Source: Chrysomallon squamiferum (lineage: Eukaryota > Animalia > Mollusca). From it: a stretch of DNA of 64,000 nt. The position numbers were made by a program, and so were the translations under genes. How positions within the stretch are numbered: position 1 is the stretch's first letter; the number at the start of each line of letters is the position of its first letter. Positions 55,693-64,000 of this stretch are shown in pieces. The DNA lies in assembly GCA_012295275.1 (NCBI GenBank), contig CM022672.1, forward strand, positions 10,664,001 through 10,728,000, written 5' to 3'. The notes beneath the pieces are model-generated. The model was not told the origin of the DNA. It worked only from the letters and a program-made list of their open reading frames with translations, and did no database searches.

Positions 55693-57807
55693 TAATAATA
55701 ATTTTAAAAACAACTATATAGATTTGTTCATTCATCCTCTTCAGTTAAATAAAGAGATGTTATATACCCATTATTTCCAATATACCCACCCACATATACG
55801 TTAATTTCCGTCATTTTGTTGGATAACAAATATGTGCCCTAATTTCCAGTATGCCACGTTATTTATGCACACCTCCTTCCTTTGTTTACTGATGTCTGAC
55901 AGGTTGATTCGGTTCTAACTAAACTAATTACATTACTACCTAAACCTGACACATCATTTTCTGTGTGAGAGTTTGTGTTTGTTGTGTATGACTTCTTTCA
56001 CATTAGAAGCTGTTTTAGCTTGAGCAGGCTTATATAATAATATATTATCATAATATCAATAACACTGGTCCTGTCTTATCTACAGACATTTTTATTTTTA
56101 ATTATTTTTAAAAAATTTTTTTACATAATAATTATTACTACTAAAATAGAAAAAGCTGACTAGTACTTTCTTTCCTTATTTTCCTTTTTCTATTTTTTTT
56201 TTTTTTTTTTTTTTTGTTAATTAATTAATTAATTTATTCAGTTAACACATAAATAGTGGATTGCCATGTTTCTAAGCTGTTATTAACAAATGAGTTTTAC
56301 TTGCAAACTGGAAGTCACTGCAGGAAGGGAGAGGGTAAGATACACCTGATGCTGTAACGAGGCCGGTACAAAAAACATCAAACATCAGCTGTTTCATCGA
56401 CAACGAGATGTGAAAATGCATCTCTTCAGAAACAGCTCTGCAAGGTTAATTTTTATACTCACATCAGCTGTTGATGTCGTCTATCCAGGACACAGAGCAT
56501 GGCTGAGAGCTGTAAATGTTATGTGTTTAAAAACTAATTTAACATTTTAGATAACTGATGAGTACATCCATCCATTGGTCAGTGCTGATTGTACTTCATA
56601 TAACTCTGGTTAACAGGTATCTGGTTTGTGATGTTGCACAGTACTGATAAGTGGTGAAATGTAGCATATTAATACAACACTGGATTGTGTATAGCTGGTC
56701 ACAGGTTCAACCCTTCTCATTCAACATACTGGTCTATTTCCCATTACAGCCAGTGCTCCAAAGCTGGGTGTTTTTTTTTTTTTTTTTTTTCAGACTGAGT
56801 AAATTAGTGTTAAGTTGCAAATCCTCAGTCTTTGAGGGTTATTTTTCATTATTAATCAGAAAATAATGCTACGTCATTCAGCCATCCTCACAGATTTGCT
56901 ATAATATTATTAAACTTTATTATCAGCAAACACTGGTGTAAAGTACTCAGTGATCACTTGAAAGTTAACAAAACATATCCAGATTGTTTTGTAACTGTCA
57001 TCGCTGGTACAGTTCGGTTGAAAAAACATATTAATATCTTCTTTAAACATTCTAGAAACGTCTTTCAAAATAACCTATGCATAGCTGCTACAACAACAAT
57101 AACAACAGCAACAGCAACAGTAACAATAAATGTGCGAAAGGCTTTCTAGATGACAGATATTGATTTAGGTTCACTGCGTGCCGTGACACTTGTGTGTTAC
57201 AGCAGAGGCCTGTTATTCTCTCTGAGTGTTGTTTATTAATAAAACCTGATTCAAAACAGCTCACGTTTTTAAACAAAGGGATATCAGTTAATATTGTTTT
57301 ACGCTAATAAAAGTTGGGGTTTATTTCTGTGGTAAAACATATCAGATAAACATCAGTGGTTTTTGTGGTAAGGTGTAAAGAAGTCAAGGATACAATTGTG
57401 TTTTTATTTTATTTTTTTGTTTTTTTTTGTCATTGAAAATTATTTGTGTATGTGTGTGCATGAGTGTTTGTGTGTGTTCATGTATGCATATATATGTGTT
57501 TATATCTATCTACATATATACATATAGATATATATTTGTGTGCATTGATTTGTATGGTTGTGTCTGTGCATGTGTGTAAATAAGTATGTGTTTGTGTGCA
57601 AATGTCTGTGTGTGTGTATGTGAAAGTTATAAAACTTACACATTTCCAACTAATGATAAAAACAATAAAATTGTAAATAAAACAGTTCTTCACTTTTGAA
57701 AATATTTCTTTAAAAACATCCATGTTGTCCATCAAAGGGAAAATAAAGAAACAAACTTTATATTTGTTTAATGAAATAGTTTCATTTTAATTTTAATTAT
57801 TTTTCAT

Positions 57808-58350
<543 letters not shown>

Positions 58351-58859
58351 CAGAGATATATAAATAGATGTTTCTGTTTTCCCACCAAAATCAAATATAT
58401 GAAATTTTTTCTTAACAGACCATGAACAGTTTTTGTTGTACTTGGGCTCACATATTACAAAATTATTATATTTATATATTAATGTTATTTTTGTGTGTAA
58501 AATACAAAGCTGGTTATTCATCATGTCTGGGTTAGGCTCTGTATCTGAATCATGTGTGACAAGTGTAAGATGTGTTCTCTCAAAGTTGTTATTGTGTGGT
58601 TATTTCACAAAGCAAACAGGTATATAATAAAAAAATCAAAAAAAGTCGCTAGTTAACCCTTTCTATCCTCAAACACCTGCATTTACTCAGATCTAATGTA
58701 ATGTCAATATAAAATATATTTTATGCCCAGAATTTCTTGGTTTAGAAAGAAGTGCAAAATACATGAAAATGAATTTTTATTATTTTTGTAATAAATTTAA
58801 AAATTACACCAAAAATTATAATAATGATGATGATGATAATAATAATAATGATAATAATG

Positions 58860-58926
<67 letters not shown>

Positions 58927-58982
58927 TAATAATAATGATAATAATAATAACAAAAATAATAATAATGATGATGATGATGATG

Positions 58983-59017
<35 letters not shown>

Positions 59018-59093
59018 TACATAAATGTGCTTCTGAATTTAGGAATATTCTTCCATCAAAGACACACACACATCCACACACATACAAATATGT

Positions 59094-59133
<40 letters not shown>

Positions 59134-59796
59134 CTAGATACAAAGACAGACAGATGCTTTTTTTTAAATTTCCATCTATAACAAACTTTAACACCAGCAG
59201 CTTCAAATCAAACGGTACATTTGTCCAACAAGATTACATTATTTATACTTGGCTTGTGTCACTCTAGGGAAGAAAAATGGAAAATATCGCTGCAGATATA
59301 ATGAAAATAAAAGACATAGTGAAAATAACACGAAAATTAGCAGCTGGGAGGCAGCAAAACTTAATTTTGTATTCAGTAAAGTAAAAACAGTGATAACCCA
59401 CTCCCTCCCCCCCCCCCACCCCTTACCCCTCCCCCACTCCCTCCCCCCCCCCCCACTGAGACTGGATCCTGCTGTCCTTCTTTGCCTCAGGCAAATGTTG
59501 AAGTGATTTCAGCTGTAGAATGTAATGAAGAGTTTTTAAGAAAAAAGCATGTGTGTATTATTTCACCACACAAAAAAACAGCAAACGGATATCAAAAATA
59601 GCTTCATAAAATGATATCTTCAAATTGCAAAACAATTATCCAGGTTTTTACAAGATGGAAAAAAAACAATCAAATCAGTATTTTAAAATAAGTGTTGTAG
59701 TTGCAAAAAATAAAGTTGTTTTTTGAAGAAAAAAAAGGAAGTTTTATTTTTAGTCAAGTGTGTTCCCAATTTAAGTTTGTTATTTACAAAATAATA

Positions 59797-59833
<37 letters not shown>

Positions 59834-61364
59834 AAAGAAAAAGTTAGTTAAAATTAGGAAGCTGTATCTTTTCCCATTCCAATTTTCTGTAATATATTTG
59901 TCAAATATCATGAAATTTTGAATCTGTGGGAAGGTGCTTATTAGCAATAGTAGTAGTAGTAGAAATAATGGTAATAATGGTAGTTGTCTTTTTTGGTAGT
60001 AGTTTTAGTAGTTGTTGCAGTTGTTGTTTTAGTGGTAGTCAGTGATAGTAATAGCAGTAGTTGTTATAACAGTAGTAGTAGCAGTAGTTGTTATAACAGT
60101 AGTAGTAGCAGTAGTAATAACAACAATAATAACAATAATAAAATCCCACACACTGGATATACTAAAATTTTAAAAATTCACAAATAAAAATAAAAACTCA
60201 ATAGCACACACATTTCACATCAGACTTTCTGTCACTTTTACACATTTACAATTTTAATTTAACCAAGCCTAATGTTATTTAAGATAATCTATACTAATGT
60301 ACTGCTGCAAGTCATTTTCAATAATTAATCAAATCAATGTAACTAATGTGATACAGATTAATCACCAATTAATTACTGTTACGCAAATTATTTTATTTCT
60401 TTCAATAACCTAGAATATATCTTTAAATTTCAACTTTAAAAATTGGTTGTCATGTGCATAAAATATAATTTTTTTTTAAATCTCACTTTTCATAGAAGAC
60501 AAGGTAAAAAAACAAAAATATATATTTATAACAAACAACCTTTACCAGAAAGCAAATTAAGTCACATTTTGTTAATCAGAATAATCAGAACTATGGCTGA
60601 AATTCAAATGTCCAAGAAGTTAGAATATTCAACAGTGTCTGTATTAAAGAACTGGTTGAAATTGTAATGTTAACTTACCAAACTACTGATAACTGTCTTT
60701 ATTCTACTCTGCCTTAGGTATTTCTAACTAACAGCGATTTTAAGATGATAATCCTTTTCTTTACAGTTAAATTATGCATATAAAATTATTATTTTAATCA
60801 CTATGTAATTATTATTATCATTATCATCATTATCATTGTTATTATAATTATCATTACATAGGTAGATAGGTAGATAGATAGATAAATGGATAGATAGATA
60901 GATAAATGGACAGATAGTAATATGATTCAGAACATACAGACTAAAACAAACAGTATTAGAATTCTCTTATCATACCTATCATTAAAATGGACATTATCGT
61001 ACACATTCTTATGCATTTGTTATCATTCCTATCATTATGTGGACATTATTGTACCCACTGATATATGGACATTACCATGCCCATTATTATCTGGGTGTTA
61101 TTATTCTCATCATTAAGTAGAGATTATCAAACCCATCATTATATGGATATTATTGTGCCCATCATCATACAAACATTATCTGTATATTAGAAAAACAATG
61201 GCTTGAGGTGCAAAAGAACAAAGGATCTATTCTCCCAAATGTAGCCATTAGGCTATTAACAATTATAACCAATGTCCTGTGATGTGTAATGGCAGGTATG
61301 AAATAGATAATTAGTAAACAACTTTAAAAAAAAAAAAAAAAAATTTAATTTATTATTACTACCC

Positions 61365-61450
<86 letters not shown>

Positions 61451-62797
61451 TATTATTATTAACAAACTTTCAAAATAATAATTATTTATTTAGTTATTTG
61501 TTTATTTATTTATTTATTTACAGCACTGAAAAACAACAACACCACCCATAAGTAAAACAACCAACTCGACTACCAGTTTGCATGATATTAAAACGAAACG
61601 AGACAGTCAATACACAGAGATCATCAATTAATTAGAAACACAAGAAACAGCCAGTGAACTCTCTCAGCCTGTGTTATAACTGTATAAACAGACAATAATT
61701 ACCTGTGACGTGACCTGGTTTCCAGGCGAGATAGGTGTAACTTACCTGTATAGACCAGGCAGTCACGTCACTCCGTGTGTTTGACTAGTACACCACAGGT
61801 GATCAGCAGGCAGTGGGTGAGTACCAGATTTTTATTACCTGTTGGAAAAGTTTTAGGGTTTTGGAATTTTAATTTTTTGATGAAATAGGATTTTAAAAAT
61901 AAATAGTATTAGTTGTTGTCTTGTATTTCTTATATATGTGGATGTGTGTATATTATATTTATATATATACATATATATACATACATACATATACATATAC
62001 ATATGTATGTATGTATATATATATATATACATATATACATACATATATAGATATATATATATATATATTTGCAGTTTGTTTATTTAAGTATATTCAGTAA
62101 TTATAATTTGCAGCAGTAACAGAAGTAGTAGTAATAATAATAATAAAACATTAAAAGGGCAGGCACTCTTAATTCATAATTAAATTCTAATTAACAAATA
62201 TGTGTGTCCTTTTAATTCTTCTTTTATTCTTTTATTCATTTAAAATATACAGATAGACTGATAGATAGACATAATTATCAAAGTAGTTATTCAGTTTTAT
62301 TATAATAAAATATTTTTTCCAAGAGATAATAATGTGTGGGTGTGGGTGTGTGGGTATATATATACCTGTGTAGAAACTTTTATATAATGTTTTTATCTTT
62401 ATAATGTTTATAATTATGTTTATTTCTGATGATAAATAAATAAATGAAACATTATGGATATATTTAAAGTATTATAATTATACCGTCCATGTTAATTCAT
62501 TTTATGTTTGTTTTTTCTATTTATTTCTTACAAACAAACAATGAATGAAACATTATGGACAAATATAAATTTATATACTTACTTTTCTTGATTCTTTTCA
62601 TGTTTTTATAAATTATAAATCTATGTTTTTCTGTTTATTTCTGATAATGAATACATGAACTGCACTCATATAGTTTGTCTCAGACAATTTAGCTTGTGTT
62701 TGTTTTTCTACTTTGGTAAATTTCTGACTGGAAGTACTCAGACTTATTTGTAATCCTCAGTGAATTAGAGATGTTTGTGAACTGTAAACTCATCTTG

Positions 62798-62839
<42 letters not shown>

Positions 62840-64000
62840 CACAGATATGCAAAGACACATACATGTATACAAATATGCACACACACACATACACCCAAAC
62901 ATACATATATACACCACAAACATACAGGGACATACCAACACACAGACACACACACACCCTCATACACACATAAACACATGCATACATACATACATGTGTG
63001 TGTGTGTGTGTTAACTGGAAATATCTCCATGTCTTCTTTAAAATTAATTTTTTATTTTCATTTTTAAATTTAGTAGTCATTTAGAAAATCAAATTAGTTT
63101 GAAACATTTTTTAATTAAAGTAACCATAAATTTCTTAAATTAAATATTTAAGGAAATGAAAAATGTCAAAAAAAAAAAAAAGAATTAATATTACGTAAAG
63201 CCACATAGAAAAATATTCTAAACTATCTCAGCTTTCAATTTTAGCGTTTTATTGATGTAAATGCCAAAATAATCAAGATAAATTTCAGTAGTTAATTCAA
63301 CTGTTTTCAAACATGGTGAAATGGATTAATTTTGGTTTTGAAGATCTTAAACAAGTGAAGATCTTCAAAAAGACATTAATGTGTAGATAAATCTGTTCAG
63401 AGTAGATTGTCAACAAAATATTAATGTTTAGACTAGACTGTCAACAAAACACTAATGTGTAAATAAATTTGTTTAGACTAGACTGTCAGATCTCATAAAT
63501 AACCAGAGTATGTCTATAAACTTCACACAACACTACATGCATTCTGACTGTCACCAAATTTATTTTAACACATTTTTTATATATATATATATATTTGGTG
63601 GGACAGTTTGTAACTCACTGGTATATGCTGTCCTGAAGTTTAGCTGGTTAAATGATCAAACCTGTTTGTTGTTCATATTAAGCAGTTTCATATTTGATCC
63701 AGTGTTTCATAGCTTTTTATCAAAGGAAATAATATTTGTTTTACTGCCTATGGGACGGTGCACAGAAAAGATGACTTTCTGCTAATAAGAACCATGAGTT
63801 CATTGTATAGGTTTACTCTCTTCTTATCTCTTATCTTTAATGTCATGAACAATACCACATAACCAAAGAATTAAAAAATATATATATATTTCAACTGAAT
63901 CATTAATTCTAAATACTTTATCATATGCATACCTGGATTCAAGGAAAATTTTAAAATGAATAAAAAGTCTTTTTCATAACCATCTGAGTATTGTAATGGT

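Overview
AT-rich, microsatellite-laden animal genomic DNA with spliceosomal introns (invertebrate-like, TTAGGG hexamers; species not determinable from the sequence). Most ORF-track entries are simple-repeat artefacts, and the real coding content is short exons read by hand. (1) 0.6-20 kb: the last two exons of a divergent PP1 catalytic-subunit gene (+) lie tail-to-tail with a small orphan gene (-, 143 aa) carrying SILK, RVxF and putative Phi-Phi PP1-docking motifs. The locus has been through a duplication/inversion that leaves an inverted copy of three upstream PP1 exons, a second copy of the last two, and a stub of the orphan gene. (2) 25-30 kb: abutting 28-bp and 38-40-bp tandem arrays plus a 75-bp array. 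(3) 37-50 kb: a complete five-coding-exon eyegone-type Pax gene (eroded PAI, intact RED, S50 homeodomain; 354 aa predicted). (4) 53.3-55.7 kb: a TTAGGG-containing complex satellite that flips polarity. Several Tigger/pogo-like elements are present, one polymorphic between the duplicated copies. The best candidate for an undescribed system is the linked pair of a PP1 paralog with substitutions in its RVxF-binding groove and a neighbouring SILK/RVxF protein. All alignments were done by eye; no searches were run.
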